The notes under the pieces are model-generated. The model made no database searches and was not told the DNA's origin. It saw only the letters and a program-made list of their open reading frames with translations. Positions 34,142 through 45,738 of a DNA stretch of 64,000 bases are shown piece after piece. The stretch's first letter is position 1; every line of letters starts with the position of its first letter. The DNA is taken from positions 124,001 through 188,000 of the forward strand of contig JAIVFI010000009.1 of the NCBI GenBank assembly GCA_025558095.1, in the 5' to 3' direction. The stretch is from Hyaloraphidium curvatum SAG 235-1 (Eukaryota; Fungi; Monoblepharomycota). The translations under genes were made by a program, and so were the position numbers.

Positions 34142-35188
34142 ATGCTCGCCTTGGAAGTCTCCGGCACCGCGGGAAGCGACGCTGAGGTTCGCGCAGCGGG
34201 CGAGCCGCCTGGCGACCCGCTGCTCCCTCCCGAGCTCTTCGTTCCGATAATGGAGTACCTCGGAGCCGACTGCAAGGCGACTCTGGCCAATTTCATGCTG
34301 GCCTCGAAAAACTGCTACCACCTCGGCTTGCCGGTTCTCCTCCGACACGTCGAGCTCACGTCCTACCGGTTCGACATGGCGGCGGCGGAGATGCTGCGGG
34401 ATCCGGAACGCTTTCGACACGTTCGATCGGCGCAGATCCACAGCCCGCGCGGCCTGGTGTTCCTGAAGCACGCGATGCCTTTCCTGGAGCGGCTCACGGT
34501 GGAAGTTTCGGATGCCGAGTTCTCGAAGAAGCTCTTCGAAATCATGTTGCTCGCCTCTGGGAAGCTCGTCAAGCTGGAGCTCGCCGTCTGGCCGCAGGCG
34601 CTGTTTATCGACGAGAGCACGGCGCTGCCTCCTAGCATCGAGGTGCTGGACTGTTCGTTCCATTGCCGCGACAACGCGAGGCGTTTCGCGGCGGTGCTGA
34701 GCAAGCTCGACGCACTGAAGCAGTGGAGCCTGAAGACGTCGTGCCTGCAGCTCTTGTGCCTCGACAGCCACCCTGGGCTCATGGACCGCCTGCAGTCCCT
34801 CCAGATCCCCGGACGCTGCCTCCAGGAGCTTGCGGCGCTCCGCGGCCTGAAGATCACGCGACTACGGCTGTTGCTGATGAACGTGGTCCCGCGGAGCGAC
34901 GCGGAAATCTGGGAAACCGTGTCCGCCATCGACACCCTCCGCCACCTGGTGCTGTCGGACGCCAGGACAACCATGCTCGCTGGCTTGCGCCATCTCTCTC
35001 ACCCGCTGGACACCCTGACCGTTGAGAACCCGTGGCCGACGGTCCACTGGGCCGACTTTGGGGCGCTGAGGGAGTCTGTGGGGGCGTGCCGGACGGTGCA
35101 GGCGATCGAGTTCAGGGGCGAGTGGAGGTTCGACCAGTTCAACGAGGAGGGGCTGTGGCGGTCCCTGCCGCGGGTGACGGTGCTTTGA
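34142..35188 (+). CDS. F-box-like / LRR protein, intronless
   Basis: LLPPELFVPIMEYL...LANFMLASKNCYHLGLPVLLRHVEL (fungal F-box-like), followed by LxxLxL repeats. Confidence 0.7.
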   Translation: MLALEVSGTAGSDAEVRAAGEPPGDPLLPPELFVPIMEYLGADCKATLANFMLASKNCYHLGLPVLLRHVELTSYRFDMAAAEMLRDPERFRHVRSAQIHSPRGLVFLKHAMPFLERLTVEVSDAEFSKKLFEIMLLASGKLVKLELAVWPQALFIDESTALPPSIEVLDCSFHCRDNARRFAAVLSKLDALKQWSLKTSCLQLLCLDSHPGLMDRLQSLQIPGRCLQELAALRGLKITRLRLLLMNVVPRSDAEIWETVSAIDTLRHLVLSDARTTMLAGLRHLSHPLDTLTVENPWPTVHWADFGALRESVGACRTVQAIEFRGEWRFDQFNEEGLWRSLPRVTVL

Positions 35189-35880
35189 TTAATCGAACAC
35201 GTCGCTTCGTCGTGTCTCCAGAATGTCACTTAGACAGTCCGACGGCTCCCCGGGGTAACTCAGCCCGGCTGCCGTGAGCTTTATCTTGTTTTCCAGCACA
35301 TCCATTACCTTCCCGTGTTTCTCCTTGCTATGGTCCAAGTCCAGCTGCCCGGCTTTCACCCTCTTGAGCTTCTTGGGCAGGCCCTTCTCGAAACTCGGGT
35401 AAGATAGTAAACATCCAGAACCTCCACACAGTCCATTTTCCGCAAGTTTGCCAACGAGAGTTCAAATTCCTCCAGATCAGGGGTGTCAGACCGCACCCGG
35501 ACCGTGTGTGGCTTTCCTAGCACCGGCGCACCGGCCAGGATGCGGAGATCGGGCCAGTCCCTGCATTCCAAGATGCTCACGAGCGACAGGATGCGGGGAG
35601 GGATGGTTCTGCCTCTGGAGAGCTCCTGCACATCGAGAACAAAGTCATTCAACAGCGGCAAGCCCTTGTCGGGCGCTTCCAGAATGTCCCGCAGCACGTC
35701 AGGGAACTCGGTCTTTGCGGGACGCATTGCGGGCGAATCGGCCTCGCAAGTCAAGCTCCTGGAGAGAAGGCAGCCTAAGCAAGCTGAACATCTCCACATC
35801 ATCATCAGAGCCGAGCGAGACATCCAACGTCCGGAGGTGCGCGATCATGCAAAATACGTCCGGCTTCTCGTGGACGATGT
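35189..35880 (-). pseudogene. Frameshifted LRR-like gene fragment, paralogue of the gene at 63080..64000
   Basis: LRTLDV..FSLLRLPSLQELDL / IPPRILSLVSILECRDWPDL / GLPKKLKRVKAGQLDLDH align with LRSLDC..FLSLPQLEELEL / VPPRLAFWVSRLTCYDWEDL / GLPRRLRRLRVGCFDLDH, and lie in different reading frames. Confidence 0.7.
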
Positions 35881-36775
35881 GGCGCGCCGCGATGACCTCC
35901 TGGGCCTTGCTGTCAACAAGCTGCCCCGCAAGGCCGCACAGATCCCGGAGCTCGCACAGGGAGCCGGCGGCTTCGCCTAGTTCTTTCTGGATTTCGCGCA
36001 GCAAGGCGACCGAGTCGAGCGGATTTTCCTGGGCAGCCGCAAGGACGGCGGTGGACACAGCGACCGAAGCCCCAGCGGCTTCCAAGACGGCGCGGAAATC
36101 GGCGGCCAGGGCGTGCGCGCGGTCGGAGAGCGACGCGAGGGTAGGCGGGAAGGGCGCGGAAGAGGTCGGTAGTGAACGAAGTTTCGTTTTCGGCAAGTTA
36201 TGCTGTTCCAGCGCCAGCAAGACTCCTCGCATACCGCGAAGGCGTCGTGTCGATCCACCCCACACGAGGAACGGCGGTCAGCCGGCCTCGCCGCCGCCGC
36301 TGGAGGCCATCAGAAGGCGGGGCGTCGTCCGTGCTCGTACCGTACCGCAGTCGTCGGCGCCGCCGCGCGCCAGCCTTGACACCGCGTCGCAAGAACAAAA
36401 GCTCACCTGAGAAGGCGGATTCCCCGCGGGAGGACCGAAGCCGTTAGTATGCCCGCCGAAAGGGCCGTTGCCGACGGGATTCATGATGAGGAAGGCGGCG
36501 GCGCGGTGAGTGAAGTGCTCGTGGCGGCGGCTGGCGCAGGGCGGCGACGACGACGTTGGTGGAGGTCGGGCACGGGAGCGATGGCGCAATCGCGTGGGCA
36601 CTATCGGCAGCAGTCGGCCGATCGGCCGGCGATACGGGCTGGTGCAGGCGTCGTCCGCAGTAGGCGGGAAGGCGGACGGGGCCGTGGCGCTCGGCGAGGC
36701 GGTCGCAAGTGCGATCGGCCGGCGGGGGCGAGCGCAGGACCGCCAGGCGGTGCTTCAGGGCAAGTAGCGGTATAT

Positions 36776-38343
36776 TTAGGCATCGGTGGTGGCACGGAGG
36801 CGGCGGATGTCGCTGGGCGACCAGTGGAGGCGCCCGCGATCGACAGCACGGGAAAGCCCGGCGTGGAGAACACGACTGGGATAGCCGCGCTCAAGCCGCA
36901 GGTGGCGGAGGAGAGTGTCCGCATCCGTCAGCGCATCCGCGAGTTGCGAGCAGTTGGCATCAATGGCGCGGAGGCCCATCGCAATGGTGTTCACGAACAT
37001 GTGATCGGGCAGGGTGTTGAAGCCGTAATCGGGGAAGAGGCGAACGGGAAAAGGAAAGGAGAGAACCTTGTTGTAGTAGCGCCGATGGACGCGGCCGTCC
37101 GCCGTGAGGGTGTACGTGCACCGAAGGTGCGTGCCGCCGCGATCGGTGGCGCTGACACGCTTCAGACCGAGGCCCGCAGCCTCCCGCCGCACGGAAGATG
37201 GGAAGCACCAGGGCCTCGAGGATGTGCCACGGCGCGTTCCAGATCAGGATGTCGTCGACGTAGCGGTGCCAGTCCCATGAGAGGCGCGGCAAGGTAAGGT
37301 AGAGAGAGCGGAAGACGTCGTACTCGATCATCAGCACCACCAGGTCCGCGAAACGGCCACTGCCAATGCCACCGATCGGCACGCCGCGGATTTGGAGGAG
37401 TACGGCGGTGCCCAGGGTGCAGTAGAGATTGGAGAGCAGCGTGCGGAGGAGGCGGCCGAACTTTGCCGGGGAGTAATGGAAGAAACAGTCGCGCCGGTAC
37501 GATGCACGCGGCCGGAACGCCCCGCGGTATCTTCCTGTGCGCTCGCGCCAGATGCACAGATAGAGGCCGGGAAAGAGAAAAGCCAGGCATGAAGGAGCCA
37601 GGGTAGCAGGGTGTGCAGAAGGCCGACAGCCGGAACCGACTCCTACATCTGGTCGACGTCGGTGACAACCACCGACGTCGCGTGCTGCGGCGCCACGTCA
37701 TGAACGGCGTCATTGGTCTGGTACGAGTTGAAAAAGTTGATGTGCTGGCCGGCATCGGCGCGTTCCGCGGTCAGCAGGGCACGGAGCGGGTCGGCGACAT
37801 CGTAAGGCCGCAGAGGGCCGCGGCATCGACCTCCGAGTGCGCAACCTCGTGGCAGGCAACGATCACCCGCACAGGAAAGCCGGGTTTGTGCAGCTTGAGC
37901 GAGGCATAGATCCGTGGGAGGCGCTGGCGGGCAGGGGGGCCACCAGCTCCGAGCGCGGCAAAGTCGCGGGCCATCAAGCCAAGGGCCGTGCCCGTGGAGA
38001 CGCCATGTTGCACGGCATAGGAGGGCGTGTCGAGGACGGCTTTGGCGACCAGGAAGCGGTAGAGATCCGGGCATATCCAGCCGAACATGGTGGGGGCTTT
38101 GTCGATCATGATCGTTGCCAGGATCGGGAGAAGACGCCGAAGCTAGTCGCGGAAGCCCGGGGCGGCAGCCGGGGACGGCGCAATCACCGGTTCCGGGGCG
38201 GCCAGGAGCGCGGCAGTGAGCCGGCGGAGCCAGGAAGCGGCATCGCGAAAGGGGACGGTAGGCTCGGCCTCCCGTGCCTGCCCAGCCAGCGCACTCCCAA
38301 GGCGAACGGGCCGCGCCGCCGTTAACCAGGCGCAGGCCCGCAA
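36776..38343 (-). mobile_element. Degenerate Penelope-like retroelement reverse transcriptase (apparently 5'-truncated; stops and frameshifts)
   Basis: IDKAPTMFGWICPDLY (DK motif), PRIYASLKLHKPGFPVRVIV, TDVDQM*ESVP (motif A, TAG at 37643), QIRGVPIGGIGSGRFADL (motif B), RYVDD (motif C), thumb YNK..FPFPVRLFP...NCS...RGYP. Confidence 0.88.
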
Positions 38344-38375
38344 ACGTCGGAGCCGTCGCCGCTACAACCGGCAAA

Positions 38376-40349
38376 ATGGACTCCGACAGCGAAGTCGCAC
38401 GGGCCCGCGCTGTGGTCGCGCTAAAGCAGGCGAACCTGGACTCTCTCGGGGCCGCTGCGCCGGCACCCGAGCGCCTGGTGGCGGAGGCGCGCCTCAACGT
38501 GGCGCTTGCGGCCCTCGATGTCGCGGAAGCGGTACACGAAAGTGAGCTCGCGGCGGACACGGTCGCGGCGGCGGCGGCGGCTCTGGAATCGGCAGAACGT
38601 GCTTTGCAACTGGCCGTCGCCGACGTCCCCGCTGCCGAGGATGGTGGCAACGGCGACGCCGGCGAGAAGGCGAGAACAGCTCTCGCACAAAGGCGACTCG
38701 AGCACGTGGAGAGGCAGCGCGCATTCGAGGCACGGAAGCTCGAACTGGAGGAGAGACGGCGCGAACTCGGGGACAGGCGGCGCGAACTCGGGGACAGGCG
38801 GAGCGAGCTCGCAGACAGGCAGCGCGCTCTTGAGGAGAGGCAGAACCGGGATCTTGGAAGCGCTTCGCCGCCACCCGCCCCGAGGGAGCTCATATCTTCG
38901 CCGAGCCAGCGCGTACGCTCCCAGATCCAGCACAAGCTCCTCAAACGCTGGATGCCGACGGCGCAGATCGTGGCAGCAATGGTCGAGCTCCACTCGCCGC
39001 GGGCCAGAGACGATGCCGCTGTCCGAGATTGGCAGCGCCTGGTCACATGGATCGAAAAGGGCCCGCCTGAAGGTGCCTTTTCGCGAACTGAGTTCTTTTC
39101 ATCGCAATCCGATGAACACCGGAAGCAGGTCGCTATGGTGTCACAGGTCGCGCTGTATCTCGAAAAGCGTCTTCGCGATCGTCAGCGGGGCAGAGACAGC
39201 GGCATCGGCTCTACACCCGTTTGGATCAACGAATTATCGACTGCGAAGTCAAACAGATTGGACCTCGCTCTTTTGGCTGTAGAGGACAGCGGTATCGCCA
39301 ACGTTCGAGTCGTTGTGGACGGCGTGGTGGGGTCCAGCTCGATGAACAAAGAGGCACCGATTGATGCCTACGTCTACGAAGTGGCCTCAACCTCTCTGCC
39401 GGACCACAGGCCCTACTACATGTTGGGCATCGCGCTTGGTCTGCCCCGGAACGGTGCGATGGAGGCCAGTGTCTGGGCGTTCTCCGGCTTCAACGACAAG
39501 AGGCAAGAGGATCAACATCGATCTCTCTTGTTTTCCGGCACCGGGGGTTGCTCGGCAGGGGAACTTATGGCACGACTCGAAGCCGCGGCGTGTGCCTTTG
39601 CCGAAGCCGAGCCCGAGGACGCGCTAGTTCAGTTTGAGAACGAGGCACACATCTTCCGGACGGCAAACGGGATGCTTCGGAAAGTTGTTTTCAATCCGGA
39701 ACGGTTAGAGCAGTGGAGGGACGTAACTGAGGCTGCCGAGAGGCTGTATGAGAAGCGCGGAGGAGCCGTCTGTCGCTTGCGGGACCGCCGGCCCCTTTTC
39801 GTCGAGTATCCCTTTTGCAAAGGACAGCACCTGCCGGGCACTGCCGCGGAGACTGCGAGTGCAGCACGGGCACTCGCCGAGTTGCACGCCGTGGGATTCA
39901 TTCACGGTGACATCCGCCTGTCGAACATCATCTTTTCCGGAAGCGGCGCGGCCCATTTGATTGATTTTGACCTCGCGGGAACAGTGGGCTCGCCGTATGT
40001 GTCGAACTACAACACCGAAGTCGCGGACGGCGTGCGGGCAGCCGGTGCAGATTCGGGACGACGGATGGAGTTTGATCACGATTGGGAGGCGCTTGCAGGG
40101 ACGTTTTCCAAGTGCCTGAAGCCACCGGAAGACCAGCGGAGCGCATGGGAAGCCGCCTTGGGACTGCTGCGAAGCGGGAACTTCAGCGGACTCGATGCGC
40201 TGGGCCCCTTGCCACTGGAGCCGACGGCCGCTGCTCGGGAGCTGTTCGGGGAGCCCGCAACAAGAGCACGTGGAACGGCATCTCCGGCATCGCTTGGGTC
40301 ACCCGTTACCGGGGAGCCGCCGTCAAAGCGTCTGCGCACGGAGACTTAG
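38376..40349 (+). CDS. Crinkler/CR-like protein: coiled coil, PD-(D/E)xK-like fold and C-terminal protein kinase-like domain; intronless
   Basis: Heptad repeats (RRELGD); E..SNRLDLALL..VVVDG; kinase motifs LHAVGFIHGDIRLSNIIF, LIDFDLAG, HDWEAL; C-terminal basic PPSKRLR. Confidence 0.75.
   Translation: MDSDSEVARARAVVALKQANLDSLGAAAPAPERLVAEARLNVALAALDVAEAVHESELAADTVAAAAAALESAERALQLAVADVPAAEDGGNGDAGEKARTALAQRRLEHVERQRAFEARKLELEERRRELGDRRRELGDRRSELADRQRALEERQNRDLGSASPPPAPRELISSPSQRVRSQIQHKLLKRWMPTAQIVAAMVELHSPRARDDAAVRDWQRLVTWIEKGPPEGAFSRTEFFSSQSDEHRKQVAMVSQVALYLEKRLRDRQRGRDSGIGSTPVWINELSTAKSNRLDLALLAVEDSGIANVRVVVDGVVGSSSMNKEAPIDAYVYEVASTSLPDHRPYYMLGIALGLPRNGAMEASVWAFSGFNDKRQEDQHRSLLFSGTGGCSAGELMARLEAAACAFAEAEPEDALVQFENEAHIFRTANGMLRKVVFNPERLEQWRDVTEAAERLYEKRGGAVCRLRDRRPLFVEYPFCKGQHLPGTAAETASAARALAELHAVGFIHGDIRLSNIIFSGSGAAHLIDFDLAGTVGSPYVSNYNTEVADGVRAAGADSGRRMEFDHDWEALAGTFSKCLKPPEDQRSAWEAALGLLRSGNFSGLDALGPLPLEPTAAARELFGEPATRARGTASPASLGSPVTGEPPSKRLRTET
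38757..38822. repeat. 21-bp coding tandem repeat (ggcgcgaactcggggacaggc, ~3 copies)
   Basis: Seen directly; encodes RRELGDR units. Confidence 0.8.
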
Positions 40350-40648
40350 CGCTCGCTCGTTGCCTCCCGAAGACAGTGTCTGTCGCGGTGGTGCCGCGAA
40401 CACGTCCCTGTCTTCCAGCTATCTTCCATTCCACTTCCGGGACGTCAGTTGCCCCTGTGATTTGTCGACAAACGAGTAGAATGACTAATCAAGCCATCTA
40501 CTTTGCCCCGGAGACGCCCCGACGGCAAACGTGGACACTCCCCGACTTCTGATGGTTGTTGCCTCCGTGTCAAACGGTGGACGTTCGGACGAGCCGTGTC
40601 CACCTCCACCGTCGCCAGCAGCGCCAGTCCCCTGGCCCCGATCCACCT

Positions 40649-41252
40649 TTACTTGCCCTCCAGCCCCACCAACCTCTCCACCAGCGGCCTCGTCGGCCGC
40701 CCCGTGATTGCCCCCCTCTTCAGGTCCCGGGTCCGCCTCCCCCACCGCCATCACCCCCTTCCTTGAACCTGGACATGAGCTGTTGGCAGCCCAGCCGCCC
40801 GCGCTGAACGACGGCGCGCAGACGGCCAGTCTGGCGGGCCATGAGACCATCGACATCCCAGTCTTTGCCGTCCGATTTGGTGCGCGGGGGGGCAATCTCC
40901 CGGGACCAAATGCGAAGCTGCTCGTCCGCCGCCGGGTGACGCCGGCCGTAGGTCGTGACGGCGAACCAAACGAGGTTGTGCACGAGGGGATCGGGAACGT
41001 AAAACTGGTCCGCGAGGTCCTTGGCCTTGGCTTGAACGGCCCGGTGGTCTCGTCGCGGGAGTTCGTCGACTGCGAAGTTGCGACGGCGCAGGGTGACGAC
41101 GGTGACGTCCACGAGATCCCTCCCCATCATCTTTCGCGAGGCCGTCGACGAACTCCCGCAGGAACGCGGCGGCGGTGCACGCGGCCCCCGGGCGCCCGCC
41201 AACGTTCTTCAGATCGGCGGTCTGGGATTTCATCTGAGAGAGGTACGTCGCG
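40649..41252 (-). pseudogene. Inverted partial copy of the leucyl aminopeptidase last exon (45293..45569), split by a ~345-bp insertion (40759-41104)
   Basis: 40649-40758 and 41105-41252 are reverse complements, with substitutions, of the aminopeptidase 3' end (ATYLSQMKSQTADLKNVGGRPG.ACTAAAFLREFVDGLAKD; GAITGRPTR..LEGK-stop). Confidence 0.9.
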
Positions 41253-41699
41253 GGAAGGCGGACGCAAGGGTCGGCTCCCGCAAGGGACGCGGAGGCAGCT
41301 TCCATGAGTCCGAAACGAAGGAGCGCCGGACCATGGGTGACAACGTCCGCATTTCAGCTTCAATCGGCGGGGCCGCAGGGTGCATGCAAGCTGAAAGGCG
41401 GGCAATCCTCCCCCAAAAGGGCAAACGGGGGTCATTGCGTCATGTACCGCGGTCGGGACCGGCGATGGGATGGGCCGGATTTCCCAGACGGATCGATCGG
41501 GGTCGGAGGCCGACGGTGCGATTTGTTGCATGGATCCGTGCTCCTACCATGTCGGGTGGCACATGCAGCCGACAACAACGCTGCTCAACTTGAGGATGTC
41601 TCCCGGAGCGACGGGGAAACGAGGGCAGCGAGAATGCGGATCCGATCGGCATGCAGTCGCACTGGGACTGCGGATCGCCGTCTTTTCGACCTCGTTTCA

Positions 41700-43622
41700 T
41701 CACGACCTGGGCACGGCCACCACGAGCACCGCTTCCTCCTCGCCTCCCCCGTCTTCCCCATCGTCCTCGACCAGCATCCCCGACGGCACCTCGACCCCGA
41801 ACCTCTCGACCGCCACCGCCGCCAGCGCCATCCTCCCCTCCGCCTCCGCTTCCGATCCCAGCAATGCGCGCGCGACGGGGAGCAGCTCCTCCACCGTCCC
41901 GCGCCACCCGTCTCCGATGATCCCTGTTGCCGCCTCCCCACCGAGGGTGCGCTTGACCTCCCCCTCGAGCCACCCCGCGTGGCGGTGGGCGAGGTACAGC
42001 GCGAGGATCTCGTCCTCCGCCGCTTCCAGCCTCCCTGCTTCGGGGTCGACGGCCTGAACGGCGGCAGCGAGCTCCTCCGCGAACCCCGAGTCCCCGAACG
42101 CGCTCCCGGCCGTCAGCATCATTGCCCTCCCGGCCAAGCTGCGCACCGCCTCCCCGCACGCACGCATCGCCGACCCCAATATCTCCAGTTGTCCCTCCCT
42201 CAATATCTTGGCCATCGCAGCGCGGTGTCCCCTGTCCCCGCCGCGCTTCCCGAGCCGCCGCCGCCAGTACCCCTCCGCCGCCCCGTGCGCCGCCTGCAGA
42301 GCGTCGCGCTTGCCGGCCAGCAGCCCGTGCAGCCTCGCGTACGCCCTCAGCACCGCCGCCGGCCTCGCCAGGACCGCATCCGCCGCTTCCCCGGCATCGA
42401 CCGCGTCGAGCTCCCACCCCTCGAGCGAAAGCACCCCCACCAGCCCGACCAACCCCCCCGGCACCCCGCCCTCCCCGCGCCGGATGAGGAACGGGTGCTG
42501 CCCCTCCCCCGTGCCCTCCCCCAGCACCGCGTCCCGCGCCGGCAGCAGCGCCTCCCTGCGTTCAAAGAGCGGGTCCGCCGCGCGGCCGTCGTTGGCGAGC
42601 ACCCTGACCGCGTCGGCGGGGTTGCCGGGGAGACAGAATGCGTAGCCGACCAGGAGCTCCTCGTTCGTTTTGCCGCCGTAGTTGTTGAGCGCTTCCTCCC
42701 CCTTGGCCAGCTCGACGCCCGTGGGGAGGGAGAACGAGACGGAGGGGGGGGTGGACCGCCATTCCACCCTCGCGGTCGGGGAATGGTTGAGCATGTCGAG
42801 GAAGGGGAGGAGGGCGAGGCCGCACGGTTCGCGGGAGGGATCGCCGAGCTCGAACGTCGCCGTCCCCGAGGGAGCGGGGGAGGAGAAAGGAGTGTTCCGG
42901 GCGGGGAAGGCGCGCGAGTAGACCGCCGAGTAGGCCCACAGCCACTTGTCGTACTCCAGCGTGCCGGGAGAGAACAGGGAGCCGGCGGCGAGGCGGGCGT
43001 GCTCCATGTCGGCGCGGAGCTCGGCGACGCGGGCGGGGAGGAAGCCGGGGAGGTTTGTGCCGGCGAGCTCGCGGGAGACCTCGTCCTCGGTCCAGTGCAG
43101 GGGGTCGTCGAATTCCCTTGGGAGGATGGCGAGGTAGGGAAACCACGGGGAGGGAAGATCGGGCGCGGTGGGAGGCGCGTCGACGCCGCCGTGGGCGTCG
43201 AGCGAGAAGTCCGAGTTGGGCCGCTGGAACATCTCGTGGACGAGGAAGGCGAGCAGCAGCGTGCGGTGCCGGTTGGGCATCTCACCGCCCTTGGCTTCCA
43301 GGTCCGACAGGTATGCGACGATCTTCCCGCCGACTTGGCTTTTGGCCGCCACCAGCTCGTCGAGCACCAGGGCCGAGGGGATTGAGGCAAACTCGCCGAC
43401 CAGGGGGGTTGCGGCGACGACCGTCCGTCCCGTGGGTCCTTGGACCTGCTGCAGCGAGTCCATGCCCTGTGCTCCGTTGAGCCGGCACCACGACAGGAAG
43501 AGATCCATCGATGGGTCGTTGATGGGGACGAAGGCGTCGACGGGGTTCGCATTGCCTGATTCCGGCTCGCCGGCGGCGGTCAGTTCGGCGCCATCGTCGG
43601 CAGGGACCTTCCTCTTTCCCAT
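41700..43622 (-). CDS. SET-domain lysine methyltransferase, Rubisco-LSMT/SETD3/Rkm-Efm1-like; intronless
   Basis: FLSWCRLNGA, SPWFPYLAILP, WLWAYSAVYSRAF, LLPFLDMLNH, GEEALNNYGGKTNEELLVGYAF. Confidence 0.9.
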   Translation of the reverse strand: MGKRKVPADDGAELTAAGEPESGNANPVDAFVPINDPSMDLFLSWCRLNGAQGMDSLQQVQGPTGRTVVAATPLVGEFASIPSALVLDELVAAKSQVGGKIVAYLSDLEAKGGEMPNRHRTLLLAFLVHEMFQRPNSDFSLDAHGGVDAPPTAPDLPSPWFPYLAILPREFDDPLHWTEDEVSRELAGTNLPGFLPARVAELRADMEHARLAAGSLFSPGTLEYDKWLWAYSAVYSRAFPARNTPFSSPAPSGTATFELGDPSREPCGLALLPFLDMLNHSPTARVEWRSTPPSVSFSLPTGVELAKGEEALNNYGGKTNEELLVGYAFCLPGNPADAVRVLANDGRAADPLFERREALLPARDAVLGEGTGEGQHPFLIRRGEGGVPGGLVGLVGVLSLEGWELDAVDAGEAADAVLARPAAVLRAYARLHGLLAGKRDALQAAHGAAEGYWRRRLGKRGGDRGHRAAMAKILREGQLEILGSAMRACGEAVRSLAGRAMMLTAGSAFGDSGFAEELAAAVQAVDPEAGRLEAAEDEILALYLAHRHAGWLEGEVKRTLGGEAATGIIGDGWRGTVEELLPVARALLGSEAEAEGRMALAAVAVERFGVEVPSGMLVEDDGEDGGGEEEAVLVVAVPRS

Positions 43623-43731
43623 CGCAGCGTCGCCTCCGGTTTGCAGCTGGTTCTGAAGCCTGGACAGCGGGCTCAGTGCGTGTTTACAGTTGTTGTGGGC
43701 GCGTCGAGCCGCCGATCGCCGGGAACCGCGA

Positions 43732-45569
<1,838 letters not shown>

Positions 45570-45738
45570 CGCGGAGCGGGGAGGGTGTGCTATTGCGCCG
45601 GTAGCGGGGAAATCGACGATGTAGTACGACGCCGGTCGGATAGACCAGACCAGACCAGACGAGACGCGGCGGCCGGGTGTCAATGGGCCGGGAGTCCCAC
45701 TTGCATCACTCGTCGGATTCCGGCTCGCTCTCCGAACG

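Noticed and set aside
35880-36490. Possible spliced gene starting MNPVGNGPFGG at ~36485 (minus) and running into a helical ORF
   Set aside because: No stop-free splice model could be built, so it is treated as unresolved debris.
36735-36765. Possible hammerhead ribozyme 3' of the Penelope-like RT (minus strand CTGAAGC-ACCGC-ctg-GCGGT)
   Set aside because: It lacks an intact CUGANGA and the GAAA core; an Infernal scan would be needed to revive it.
45640-45665. (AGACC)n pentamer run, with the reverse complement at ~57200-57219
   Set aside because: Only 3-4 units; an ordinary microsatellite with no evidence of telomeric or regulatory function.
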